The position numbers and the translations under genes are program-made. 64,000 nucleotides of DNA from Mycobacteriales bacterium (lineage in GTDB: Bacteria; Actinomycetota; Actinomycetes; Mycobacteriales; SCTD01). This document shows positions 47,637 through 57,044 of the stretch, piece by piece (position 1 is the stretch's first letter; every line of letters begins with the position of its first letter). The stretch lies in NCBI GenBank assembly GCA_030447385.1, contig JAUJOY010000003.1, forward strand, positions 77,362-141,361. Reading direction: 5' to 3'. Under the pieces are notes generated by a model, which was not told the DNA's origin, ran no database searches, and was given only the letters and a program-made list of their open reading frames with translations.

Positions 47637-49109
47637 ATGACCTCACCCCTGCATGGCGCCGCCCCGCCGGCGACCTCCCCCGCCTCGTCCGCCGACGCCG
47701 ACGTACGCCTCGATGACGACCTTCTCGAGTTCCACGAGATCGAGGGGGAGGGGTTCGAGCTCGAGGCCCGGCAGGGCCTGCGCCGGGTCGCGGGGATCCG
47801 CACCGACCTCGAGGACATCAGCGAGGTCGAGTACCGCGCGCTGCGCCTCGAGCGCGTCGTGCTCATGGGCGTCTACGCGTACGGCGACGCTGTCGGCGCG
47901 CAGAACTCGCTTCAGGAGCTGCAGGCGCTGGCGGAGACCGCGGGCTGCGAGGTGCTCGAGGGGCTGGCGCAGCGGCGGGAGAAGCCCGATCCGAAGAGCT
48001 ACGTCGGCTCGGGCAAGGCGAAGGAGCTGCGTGCGGCGGTGGTGGCCTCGGGCGCGGACACGGTCATCTGCGACGGCGAGCTGACGCCGGGCCAGCTGCG
48101 TGCGCTCGAGGAGATCGTCAAGGTCAAGGTCATCGACCGGACCTGGCTGATCCTCGACATCTTCGCGCAGCACGCCACGTCCCGGGAGGGCAAGGCACAG
48201 GTCGAGCTCGCCCAGATGACCTACATGCTGCCGCGGCTGCGCGGCTGGGGTGAGTCGCTGTCCCGGCAGGGCGGTGGCGCCGGTGGCTCCGGTTCCGGTG
48301 GTGTCGGGACGCGCGGACCCGGTGAGACGAAGATCGAGACCGACCGTCGCCGGATCCGGGCGCGCAAGGCCAAGCTCACCAGCGAGATCAAGCAGATGAA
48401 GACCGCGCGCGACACCAAGCGTCAGGAGCGGGTACGCGGGGGCGTCCCCTCTGTCGCCATCGCCGGCTACACCAACGCGGGCAAGAGCTCGCTGCTCAAC
48501 AGGCTGACCGGCGCGGGCGTGCTCGTCGAGAACGCGCTGTTCGCGACGCTCGACCCGACGGTGCGCCGTGCCGTGACACCCAGCGGTCGCGAGTTCACCC
48601 TCACCGACACCGTGGGCTTCGTGCGGATGCTGCCGCACCAGCTGATCGAGGCGTTCCGCTCGACGCTCGAGGAGGTCGCCGACGCGGACCTGATCCTGCA
48701 CGTCGTCGACGGCTCGCACCCGGACCCGGAGGGGCAGCTGGCCGCCGTGCGGGAGGTCGTCGCCGACCTCGACGCCCAGCGCATCCCGGAAGTCGTCGTG
48801 GTCAACAAGTGCGACCTGGCCGACCCGCTGGTGCTCGGCCGCCTGCAGCGGCGCGAAAAGCACGTCGTGCTCGTGTCCGCGCTGACCGGTGCGGGGCTCC
48901 CCGAGCTGCTTCAGGTGCTGGAGGACGAGGTCCCGCACCCCAACACGCTGGTACGCGTCGTGCTGCCGTACGCGGCGGGCGCCCTCGTGTCGCGGATCCA
49001 CTCCCAGGGTGAGGTGCTGTCCGAGGAGCACCGTGAGGAGGGCACGCACCTGGTGGCCCGCGTGGGTCCCCAGCTGGCCGCGGAGCTGGACGCTTACCTC
49101 GTCGCCTGA
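47637..49109 (+). CDS. hflX: GTPase HflX
   Basis: HflX N-domain YVGSGKAKEL and LILDIFAQHATSREGKAQVELAQ. G domain GYTNAGKSSLLN, DTVGF and NKCD. ATG at 47637 within the longer track ORF. Confidence 0.95.
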   Translation: MTSPLHGAAPPATSPASSADADVRLDDDLLEFHEIEGEGFELEARQGLRRVAGIRTDLEDISEVEYRALRLERVVLMGVYAYGDAVGAQNSLQELQALAETAGCEVLEGLAQRREKPDPKSYVGSGKAKELRAAVVASGADTVICDGELTPGQLRALEEIVKVKVIDRTWLILDIFAQHATSREGKAQVELAQMTYMLPRLRGWGESLSRQGGGAGGSGSGGVGTRGPGETKIETDRRRIRARKAKLTSEIKQMKTARDTKRQERVRGGVPSVAIAGYTNAGKSSLLNRLTGAGVLVENALFATLDPTVRRAVTPSGREFTLTDTVGFVRMLPHQLIEAFRSTLEEVADADLILHVVDGSHPDPEGQLAAVREVVADLDAQRIPEVVVVNKCDLADPLVLGRLQRREKHVVLVSALTGAGLPELLQVLEDEVPHPNTLVRVVLPYAAGALVSRIHSQGEVLSEEHREEGTHLVARVGPQLAAELDAYLVA

Positions 49110-49217
49110 GCGCGGCGTCGTTCGGGGTCGTCTCGTCAGCGGCGCGGGACACCCCTGCGAGCGAGGCCTTTCCATAGGCCCTCTAGCGACAGGGGCAGAT
49201 CTCGGTACCCTCCCGGC

Positions 49218-49766
49218 GTGGTGAAGCGGGTGCTCGGGGCAACGCTGGCACTCGCCGTCGTCCTGGCCGGGTGCACGTCGCCGGAGAAGGAGCCGACGGT
49301 GCTGCCGCCGGCCCCGTCGCCCTCGCCGACTGCGGTGCTTCTCTCGCCACCACCCGAGGTGGCTGCTGAGACTGCCGAGGGGGCAAGTGCGTTCGCGCGG
49401 TACTACATGGCTGTGCTTAGTCAGGCGTTTCAGACGGCTAATCCGGATCTGCTTGAGAAACTGAGCGACCCGGGCTGTGGTGGCTGCCGAAACTTCATAC
49501 GGGCTGTTGAGGGGGCACGAGACGCGCGCGAGGTCACGCGAGGTGGGGACGTCAACGTATTGTTCGTAGCGGCGCCTCCTGTGAGCAAGGGCGAGGTGAT
49601 CGTCGATCTGCGTTACGAGCGTTCTGCGGCAATGCTGTTCAACGCTTCTGGTGCCCTAGTCGGACAACTGCCGCCGGACAAGCCCTTGGATGCCCAGCTG
49701 CGGCTGATGCGTCGAGCAAACAGCTGGGTAGTCATGGGATTCCGTGCAGCACGTGTCGCGCCATGA
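49218..49766 (+). CDS. Lipoprotein, DUF6318-like (actinobacterial secreted protein with a CGGC motif)
   Basis: Signal peptide with lipobox VLAGCTSP and a Pro-rich linker, then GASAFARYYMAVLSQAFQTANPDLLEKLSDPGCGGCRNF. G+C is visibly lower than in the flanks. Confidence 0.55.
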   Translation: MVKRVLGATLALAVVLAGCTSPEKEPTVLPPAPSPSPTAVLLSPPPEVAAETAEGASAFARYYMAVLSQAFQTANPDLLEKLSDPGCGGCRNFIRAVEGARDAREVTRGGDVNVLFVAAPPVSKGEVIVDLRYERSAAMLFNASGALVGQLPPDKPLDAQLRLMRRANSWVVMGFRAARVAP

Positions 49767-50647
49767 GTCGGCTCTTGATCTTTATCATCTTGTTGTCGGG
49801 AACTGCGTCACACATGCCCGCCCTGGCCGTGGAGGTAGGTGCACCACCATGTGATCGCAGATCCTTTTCTACCTGCGCGCTCGCGTCCGGTGACGCCTTC
49901 ACTGTGGAGGGAAATGAGGCCAGCGGCACGAGACCGCCTCGCGACATCAGCAGCGGGCCACTGCGGTCAACCTCGCCGCTCCTGAACCAGTCTCGCCACG
50001 TCCCCACGTGCGCTGGCAATACGGTCGGCGGTGAAGATGCCCTCTGTGCGGAATCCGGCGAGACCTGCCCAGAGCCCGGCCAGGTCAGGTTCTGGGTCTT
50101 CCGCCGGACTGTCGACACGCGTGTCCCGAACGACGACCCGCCGTTCATCCGTGACACGACGCCGCCGTTCGTCTGCCTAGAGCCCGACGCACCTGAGCTG
50201 GACCCGCGCACGGCGATCCAGGCGATCGTGAACCGGGACTTCCAGCGGATCGTGGTGCTGAAAGGCGTACCGGAGGTGTCGCCGCGCCCGGACACGCTGG
50301 TGAGCGTCGACACCATCTTCACCACGTCGAGCCCGTCGAGCTACGCCATTCCGCTGACGCTGCTCGGTCGCTCGGTCGTGGTCACCGCGACCGCGTCCCG
50401 TTGGACCTGGCACTTCGGTGACGGCGCGACGGCGGGAACGTCCACTCCCGGGTCGAAGGGGCGGGTGACGCACAGGTACACGCAGTCCGGGACACGCAGC
50501 GCGTACGTCGTCATCGAGTGGACCGGGACCTTCCGCGTCGCCGGCGGTCCGGTCCAGCAGGTCGACGGGACAGCGACGACCACCGGCGACCCGGTGCAGG
50601 TCGGTGTGAAGCAGGCCCGGACCGAGCTGGTCGACCGACCCTCGTAG
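49763..50647 (+). CDS. Secreted protein with a C-terminal PKD-like domain
   Basis: ATGA overlap with the upstream gene. Hydrophobic N-terminus MSRLLIFIILLSGTASHMPALA. C-terminal WTWHFGDGATAGTSTPGSKGRVTHRYTQSGTRSAYVVIEWTG resembles the PKD signature (WxFGDG...H.Y...G.Y). The 5' half is the lowest-GC DNA in the window. Confidence 0.5.
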   Translation: MSRLLIFIILLSGTASHMPALAVEVGAPPCDRRSFSTCALASGDAFTVEGNEASGTRPPRDISSGPLRSTSPLLNQSRHVPTCAGNTVGGEDALCAESGETCPEPGQVRFWVFRRTVDTRVPNDDPPFIRDTTPPFVCLEPDAPELDPRTAIQAIVNRDFQRIVVLKGVPEVSPRPDTLVSVDTIFTTSSPSSYAIPLTLLGRSVVVTATASRWTWHFGDGATAGTSTPGSKGRVTHRYTQSGTRSAYVVIEWTGTFRVAGGPVQQVDGTATTTGDPVQVGVKQARTELVDRPS

Positions 50648-50656
50648 CGGGGTGGA

Positions 50657-51412
50657 TCAGACCTTTCGCAGCACCGTGACGACCCGTCCGAGGATGACCG
50701 CGCGCTCGCCGTCGATCGGGGCGTAGGCGTCGTTGTGCGGCATCAACCAGACCCGTCCGTCGCGACGCTTGTAGGTCTTCACGGTCGCCTCCCCATCGAT
50801 CATCGCGGCGACGATCTCGCCGTTGCTCGCCGTGGGCTGCTGGCGGACCACGACCCAATCACCGTCGGCGATGGCGGCGTCGACCATCGAGTCACCTACC
50901 ACCCTGAGCATGAACAGCGTGCCGCTGCCCACGAGCTCGCGCGGCAGCGGGAAGACGTCCTCCACGGCCTGCTCAGCGAGGATCGGCCCGCCGGCGGCGA
51001 TCCGGCCCAGAACCGGGACGTACGCGGGGGTCGGCCGCGCCGCACGCTCGGCGGCCTCGTCCTGCGCCTGGTCGGCTGCGGCGATAGCAGCAGCGGCGTC
51101 ACCCGGCAACCGTACGTCGACCGCCCGGGGCTTCGAGGGGTCCCGACGCAGGAACCCCTTCTTCTGCAGGGTGTCGAGCTGGTAGGAGACGCTGCTGGTG
51201 CTCGTCAGACCCACGGCCTGTCCGATCTCCCGGACGGTCGGCGGATAGCCCCGCCGCTCGACCGAGTCGCGGATGACCTCGAGCACCTTGCGCTGGCGGG
51301 GGGTGAGCCCCGACTCGTCGGCGGGACCGTCGGGAAGGTCCCGAACCACACCGGGATCGTCAGGGGAGCGAGAGCCGTCTGTGGAGGGAGAGCCGGTCCG
51401 GGGGCGCGCCAT
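50657..51412 (-). CDS. lexA: SOS repressor LexA
   Basis: w[47 protein letters not shown], cleavage site region [13 protein letters not shown], and S24 peptidase motifs VVGDSM and TVKTY. The ATG at 51412 has a GGAGG RBS. The track start, a GTG at 51478, is possible but less likely. Confidence 0.95.
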   Translation of the reverse strand: MARPRTGSPSTDGSRSPDDPGVVRDLPDGPADESGLTPRQRKVLEVIRDSVERRGYPPTVREIGQAVGLTSTSSVSYQLDTLQKKGFLRRDPSKPRAVDVRLPGDAAAAIAAADQAQDEAAERAARPTPAYVPVLGRIAAGGPILAEQAVEDVFPLPRELVGSGTLFMLRVVGDSMVDAAIADGDWVVVRQQPTASNGEIVAAMIDGEATVKTYKRRDGRVWLMPHNDAYAPIDGERAVILGRVVTVLRKV

Positions 51413-51481
51413 GGAAACCTCCGCTGCTCGGGGCCTTTGGCCCGGTGACGGAGAGGACGTTATCGCTTCCGAGGTCACAGA

Positions 51482-51497
51482 TCAAACACATGTTCGA
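51482..51497. promoter_or_regulatory. LexA operator (SOS box) in the lexA / LysM-gene divergent region
   Basis: TCAAACACATGTTCGA matches TCGAAC-N4-GTTCGA at 11 of 12 defined positions. Confidence 0.6.
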
Positions 51498-51513
51498 AGG
51501 TGTCCTGGATTTC

Positions 51514-51535
51514 TGTCGGACCGGCGAGGTACAAC
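51514..51535 (+). promoter_or_regulatory. Imperfect RecA-NDp-like promoter motif facing the LysM gene
   Basis: TGTCGGAC-CGGCGAGG-TACAAC has the TGTCG core and the exact 8-nt spacer, but the -10 hexamer ends in C rather than the consensus T. It lies 60 nt upstream of the ATG at 51595. Confidence 0.3.
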
Positions 51536-51552
51536 TTCGACCAGGCGTTCGA

Positions 51553-51568
51553 TCGAACGCGGGTTCGT
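51553..51568. promoter_or_regulatory. LexA operator (SOS box) in the lexA / LysM-gene divergent region
   Basis: TCGAACGCGGGTTCGT matches TCGAAC-N4-GTTCGA at 11 of 12 defined positions. Confidence 0.7.
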
Positions 51569-51594
51569 TCGACGAGGAGACGAAGGAGCCACTC

Positions 51595-51993
51595 ATGGCA
51601 ACCCAGATGAAGTCCAGGGCGACGTCCCGCCCGACCCGGAGGCCGGGTCCCCCCCGGTGCGACCGGGTGCCGCCGCCAAGCATGCCCTGCCAGGCTCCGT
51701 CCGTGCACCTGACGCGCCGCGGACGTGTCCTGCTTCTCGCCCTCCTGGTGGCTGTCCTGTTCGGCGCCTTCTCCTTGGGGCGGGCAGCACCGCAGGCAGC
51801 GTCGGCCGCGCCGTCGACTCCCGCGCTGGAGCAGATCACCGTCCAGCAGGGGGAGTCCTTGTGGACGGTGGCCCGCCGCATCGCGCCGGACAACGACCCG
51901 CGTGAGGTGATCGCCCAGATCCGCCGAATCAACGACCTGACCACCTGGCAGCTGCAGGCCGGTCAGCAGCTGCTGCTGCCTGTCGCGGGCTGA
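51595..51993 (+). CDS. LysM-domain membrane protein, ChiZ (Rv2719c)-like candidate SOS-induced division inhibitor
   Basis: Arg/Pro-rich N-terminus, a single TM (VLLLALLVAVLFGAFSL), and a C-terminal LysM domain (ITVQQGESLWTVARRIAPDNDPREVIAQIRRINDLTTWQLQAGQQLLLP). It is divergent from lexA, as in Mycobacterium. Confidence 0.7.
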   Translation: MATQMKSRATSRPTRRPGPPRCDRVPPPSMPCQAPSVHLTRRGRVLLLALLVAVLFGAFSLGRAAPQAASAAPSTPALEQITVQQGESLWTVARRIAPDNDPREVIAQIRRINDLTTWQLQAGQQLLLPVAG

Positions 51994-52110
51994 GCGCGCC
52001 ACCGTCTCGCCCTACAGCGCGAAAGGTGAAGATCAGGAGGAACGCATCCGGCAGTTCCGGCGTTATCTGCCCACGTCGGCGTTCTTCCGCCAGCCTCTCG
52101 AGGAGCCTCC

Positions 52111-53295
<1,185 letters not shown>

Positions 53296-53307
53296 CCCAC
53301 TGCCCGC

Positions 53308-53350
53308 CCGCGTCACCCGCTACTGCGCCAAGGCCTGGGGGGTGACGCGG
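53308..53350 (+). terminator. Hairpin downstream of the S8 peptidase gene (possible terminator)
   Basis: 11-bp inverted repeat, CCGCGTCACCC (53308-53318) with GGGTGACGCGG (53340-53350). The loop is 21 nt and there is no U-tract. Confidence 0.3.
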
Positions 53351-53511
53351 CCGGGCGTGCACCGCCTCCGTGCCTGATCCTGCGGCGAGGGCGAGCACCC
53401 TGAGCGCGGAGCGCACGCCACACGATCGGGTGCGGCGTCACTCCTCACCGCCCGCGACGCCCGGGGAACCACGTCTGCGCGCTGCTGGGCCCCGCATGCC
53501 AAGATCTCCCG

Positions 53512-55824
53512 ATGCCCTCCGTCGCCCCGAGCCCTGCGGGGGTACGCGCGGCCCTCGCCGGCTGCCGCGTCTTCCTGACCGGAGCCACCGGCTTCCTGGG
53601 GGAGGCGGTGCTGGAGCGTCTGCTCGTCGACCTGCCGGCCACGCGGGTCGTCCTCCTGGTGCGCGGAAAGGACGGTTTCGCGGCGGCGCAGCGCGTCGAG
53701 CAGCTGCTCGCGAAGCCCGCCTTCACCACGCTCCGCGAGCGCATCGGACCGGACGGCGCACCCGAGCTGCTCCGCGAGCGCATCGACGTGCTCGACGGCG
53801 ACCTGACCCACTGGCCCGCGCTCCCCGGCGACCTCGACGTGGTGGTGCACTGTGCCGGAGAGGTCTCCTTCGACCCGGCCATCGACGACGGGTTCGCCAC
53901 CAACGCCCTCGGCGTCGAGCGGCTGCTGCACGCCGTGGCGAGCAGCGGCTCGCGGCCCCACGTGGTGCACGTCTCCACCGCGTACGTCAACGGGATGGTC
54001 AAGGGCAGCGTCGCCGAAGGCCGGCTGCCCCATCAGGTCGACTGGCGGGTGGAGGCGGACGCGGCCACCCGGCGGCGCCGAGCGGTCGAGGATGCCAGCC
54101 GTGGTGCGGCGCAGCTGGCGAGCTTCCTGGGCCAGGCGCGCGAGGACCACGCCCGCGAGGGCCCGCAGGTGGTGAGTTCCGCGGCGGAGCGCGGCCGCCG
54201 GGCCTGGGTCGAGGAGCAGCTCGTGGCCGCCGGCCGCGAGCGGGCGCAGAGTCTGGGCTTCACCGACTGCTACACCTTCACCAAGGCGATGGGGGAGCGG
54301 GTCGTCGAGGAGCTGGCCGGCGACCTTCCGGTGACGGTCGTCCGGCCGTCGATCATCGAGAGCGCCCTCGAGAAGCCCTACCCGGGGTGGATCGAGGGCT
54401 ACAAGATGGCCGACCCGATCATCCTGGCGTACGGCCGCGGGGTCCTCCCCGACTTCCCTGGGGTGCCCGATGGGGTGGTCGACATCGTGCCGGTCGACCT
54501 CGTCGTCTCCGCGATCCTCACCGCGGCGGCCCACCCACCCGAGCCCGGCGGACGCCGCTACCTCCACCTGTGCACCGGCGCCCGCAACCCGCTGACGCTG
54601 GCCGCCCTGCACGGCAGCGTCCGCGAGCACTTCCGCCGCCACCCGCTGCAGGTCCGCGACCGCGGGACGATCGCCGTGCAGGCCTGGACCTTTCCCGGCT
54701 CGGCGCACCTCGAACGACGGCTGCGCGCCGGGGAGCGCCTGGTGGATGTCGCGGACAGCGTGCTGGGCGCTCTGCCGCGCAGCGACCGGGTGCGCAGCGC
54801 GGCCCTGGCGCTGGACCGCAGCCGGGCCCAGCTGGAGTTCCTGCGGCGCTACTTGGACCTGTTCGGGGTGTACGCCGCGGCCGAGGTGGTCTACCTCGAC
54901 GACGGGGTCGCCGAGCTGGAGGCGCTGCTGCCGGACGACGAGCGGGACCTGTTCGGCTTCGACCCGCGCCGCATCGACTGGCAGCACTACCTGAGCGAGG
55001 TGCACATCCCGAGCATCACCGGGCTGATCCGCACCATCACCGCCTCGCCGCGCGGTCCTCGAGACCGCGTCGACCCGGACCTGAGCCTCGAGGCCGACTC
55101 TGAGCACCACTCCTCCGTAGCCCCGCGCGACCAGGACCGCATCGTCGCCGTGTTCGACATGGACGGCACGCTGCTGCCCTCCAACGTCGTCGAGTCCTAC
55201 CTGCGGCTGCGCCTGGCGGGGCTGGCCCTGCCCGACCGGGCGCGCGAGATCGGCCTCGCCGCAAGGCAGTTCCCTGGCTGGGTGCTCACCGAGCGGAAGG
55301 ACCGCGGCACGTTCCTGCGCGAGATCTACCGCCAGTACGCAGGGGCGTCCCTTGAGGAGCTCGACGCGCTCGTGGACGACGAGGTCGGGCCGGACATGCT
55401 CGCCCGCCTCAGCCCGGCTGCCCTCCGGCAGGTCCGCCGGCACCGGGCCGCGGGCCACCGCACGGTGCTCATCACCGGCGCCATCCTGGCCCTCACCCGC
55501 CCGCTGGCGCCGCTGTTCGATGACGTCGCCGCCGCGGAGCTCGAGGTCGACCGGGAGGGACGGGCCACCGGGCGGCTCTCCTGCCCTCCGCCTGTGGGTG
55601 AGGCCCGGCCCGCGTGGCTGCGCCACTACGCCGCCCTGCACGACCTCGACCTGACCGCCTCGTACGCCTATGCCGACTCCGCCAGCGACCTGCCGCTGCT
55701 TCGGGCGGTGGGCCGGCCCGTCGCGGTCAACCCCGACGTCACGACGTTGCGCGCCGCCCGCGCCGCGCGATGGCCGGTGAAGGAGTGGCGCACCTCCGGC
55801 CGTCCCCTCAGCAGAGCCACCTGA
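53512..55824 (+). CDS. Fusion protein: N-terminal fatty acyl-CoA/ACP reductase-type SDR domain (NAD_binding_4-like) and C-terminal HAD-IB family hydrolase
   Basis: Rossmann motif FLTGATGFLGEAV, catalytic YTFTKAMGE (YxxxK) and VVRPSIIES, as in fatty acyl reductases. C-terminal HAD motif I AVFDMDGTLLPS, and motif IV region AYADSASDLPLL. Confidence 0.8.
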   Translation: MPSVAPSPAGVRAALAGCRVFLTGATGFLGEAVLERLLVDLPATRVVLLVRGKDGFAAAQRVEQLLAKPAFTTLRERIGPDGAPELLRERIDVLDGDLTHWPALPGDLDVVVHCAGEVSFDPAIDDGFATNALGVERLLHAVASSGSRPHVVHVSTAYVNGMVKGSVAEGRLPHQVDWRVEADAATRRRRAVEDASRGAAQLASFLGQAREDHAREGPQVVSSAAERGRRAWVEEQLVAAGRERAQSLGFTDCYTFTKAMGERVVEELAGDLPVTVVRPSIIESALEKPYPGWIEGYKMADPIILAYGRGVLPDFPGVPDGVVDIVPVDLVVSAILTAAAHPPEPGGRRYLHLCTGARNPLTLAALHGSVREHFRRHPLQVRDRGTIAVQAWTFPGSAHLERRLRAGERLVDVADSVLGALPRSDRVRSAALALDRSRAQLEFLRRYLDLFGVYAAAEVVYLDDGVAELEALLPDDERDLFGFDPRRIDWQHYLSEVHIPSITGLIRTITASPRGPRDRVDPDLSLEADSEHHSSVAPRDQDRIVAVFDMDGTLLPSNVVESYLRLRLAGLALPDRAREIGLAARQFPGWVLTERKDRGTFLREIYRQYAGASLEELDALVDDEVGPDMLARLSPAALRQVRRHRAAGHRTVLITGAILALTRPLAPLFDDVAAAELEVDREGRATGRLSCPPPVGEARPAWLRHYAALHDLDLTASYAYADSASDLPLLRAVGRPVAVNPDVTTLRAARAARWPVKEWRTSGRPLSRAT

Positions 55825-57044
55825 TGAGCGCCAGCACGATGCGGCGGGTGGAGGTCTACCGCTCTCTGCCCCGCTACGCCGCGACGCGGGTCCTGTCGAC
55901 GCGGCTGCCGGGGGTCAGCAGCACCTCGGCGGCCCCGCTGCGGCTCAGCCGCGGCCCGGGACCGGCACTGCCGGGGACGCGTTGGGGGAGGGTGCGTCCC
56001 CGGCTGTCCGGGATCTGCGGCTCGGACCTGTCGACGGTGCGGGGCACGTCCTCGCTGTACTTCTCCCCGCTCGTGTCACTGCCGTTCACCCCGGGGCACG
56101 AGATCGTCGGGGACCTGCTCGACGACGTGGACGACCTGCCGGCCGGCACCCGCGTCGTGGTCGACCCGCTGCTGACCTGCGTGCCCCGCGGCCTCGATCC
56201 CTGCGGTGCCTGCCGGGACGGTGCCCGCAGCCGCTGCGACCGGATCACGGTCGGCCACATCTCCCCGGGGCTGCAGACCGGCTTCTGCGCGGACACCGGG
56301 GGCGGCTGGAGTGACGGGCTCGTCGCCCACCGCAGCCAGCTGCACCCGGTTCCCGACGACCTGACCGACGAGCGCGCGGTGCTCGTGGAGCCGCTGGCGT
56401 GTGCGATCCACACCGCGCTGCGGCTGGCGCCGAAGGAGGGGGAGCACGTCCTGGTGGTGGGGGCCGGCGCGGTCGGGTTGTTCACCGTGCTCGCGCTGCG
56501 CGCGTTCACGCTCGCCGGCCGCATCACCGTCGTCGCCAAGCACCCCCGTCAGAAGGAGCTGGCCCGCCAGTTCGGGGCGACGGATCTGCTGGGTCCGGGT
56601 GAGGCGATGGCAGGCGTACGCCGCGCGACCCGCGCCATGCACGTCCAGCCCGAGCAGGGAGCGCCGTTCCTGCTCGGCGGCGTCGACGCGGCGATCGACT
56701 GCGTCGGCAGCAAGGGCTCGCTCGACACGGCGCTGCGGGCCACCCGGGCCGGTGGTCGGGTGCTGCTCAGCGCGATGCCGGCCGCCGGCGTCGACCTGTC
56801 GCCGGTGTGGTTCCGGGAGCTGACCGTCCTCGGGTCCTACGCCACCGGGGCTGAGCAGGTTCACGACGACGAGCCGCGCAGCTCGTTCGCCCTGGCGATG
56901 GAGTTGGCCTGCGAGGCACCACTGGACGACGTGGCGCAGACTGGCTACCCCCTGGAACGATGGCGCGAGGCGCTCGAGCACGCAGGGGACGCGGGCCGGC
57001 TCGGGACGGTGAAGGTGCACTTCGATCTGAGGGAGACGTCGTGA
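55824..57044 (+). CDS. Zinc-dependent medium-chain alcohol/polyol dehydrogenase
   Basis: TGATG overlap with the upstream gene. Motifs GICGSDL and PGHEIVG, a structural-zinc Cys cluster (CVPRGLDPCGACRDGARSRC), and Rossmann VVGAGAVGL. Confidence 0.85.
   Translation: MSASTMRRVEVYRSLPRYAATRVLSTRLPGVSSTSAAPLRLSRGPGPALPGTRWGRVRPRLSGICGSDLSTVRGTSSLYFSPLVSLPFTPGHEIVGDLLDDVDDLPAGTRVVVDPLLTCVPRGLDPCGACRDGARSRCDRITVGHISPGLQTGFCADTGGGWSDGLVAHRSQLHPVPDDLTDERAVLVEPLACAIHTALRLAPKEGEHVLVVGAGAVGLFTVLALRAFTLAGRITVVAKHPRQKELARQFGATDLLGPGEAMAGVRRATRAMHVQPEQGAPFLLGGVDAAIDCVGSKGSLDTALRATRAGGRVLLSAMPAAGVDLSPVWFRELTVLGSYATGAEQVHDDEPRSSFALAMELACEAPLDDVAQTGYPLERWREALEHAGDAGRLGTVKVHFDLRETS

Noticed and set aside
48528-48545. 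GAGAAC-GCGC-TGTTCG, an SOS-like sequence inside hflX
   Set aside because: The spacing is effectively N5 between GAAC and GTTC, the outer bases mismatch, and the site lies within coding sequence (VENALF).
49107-49142. Possible fourth, partial copy of the palindromic repeat after hflX (TGAGCG...N23...TCAGCGG)
   Set aside because: Only the short end blocks and the spacing resemble the right half of the element. The left arm is absent and the internal sequence is not similar. CCTGAGCG is also simply a common stop-codon context here.
53320-55641. 773-aa reverse-strand ORF, and the 577-aa + strand ORF at 53370, overlapping the reductase-HAD gene
   Set aside because: Only the frame starting at 53512 carries recognisable Rossmann/YxxxK and HAD motifs. 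The others are Arg/Pro/Gly-rich alternate frames.
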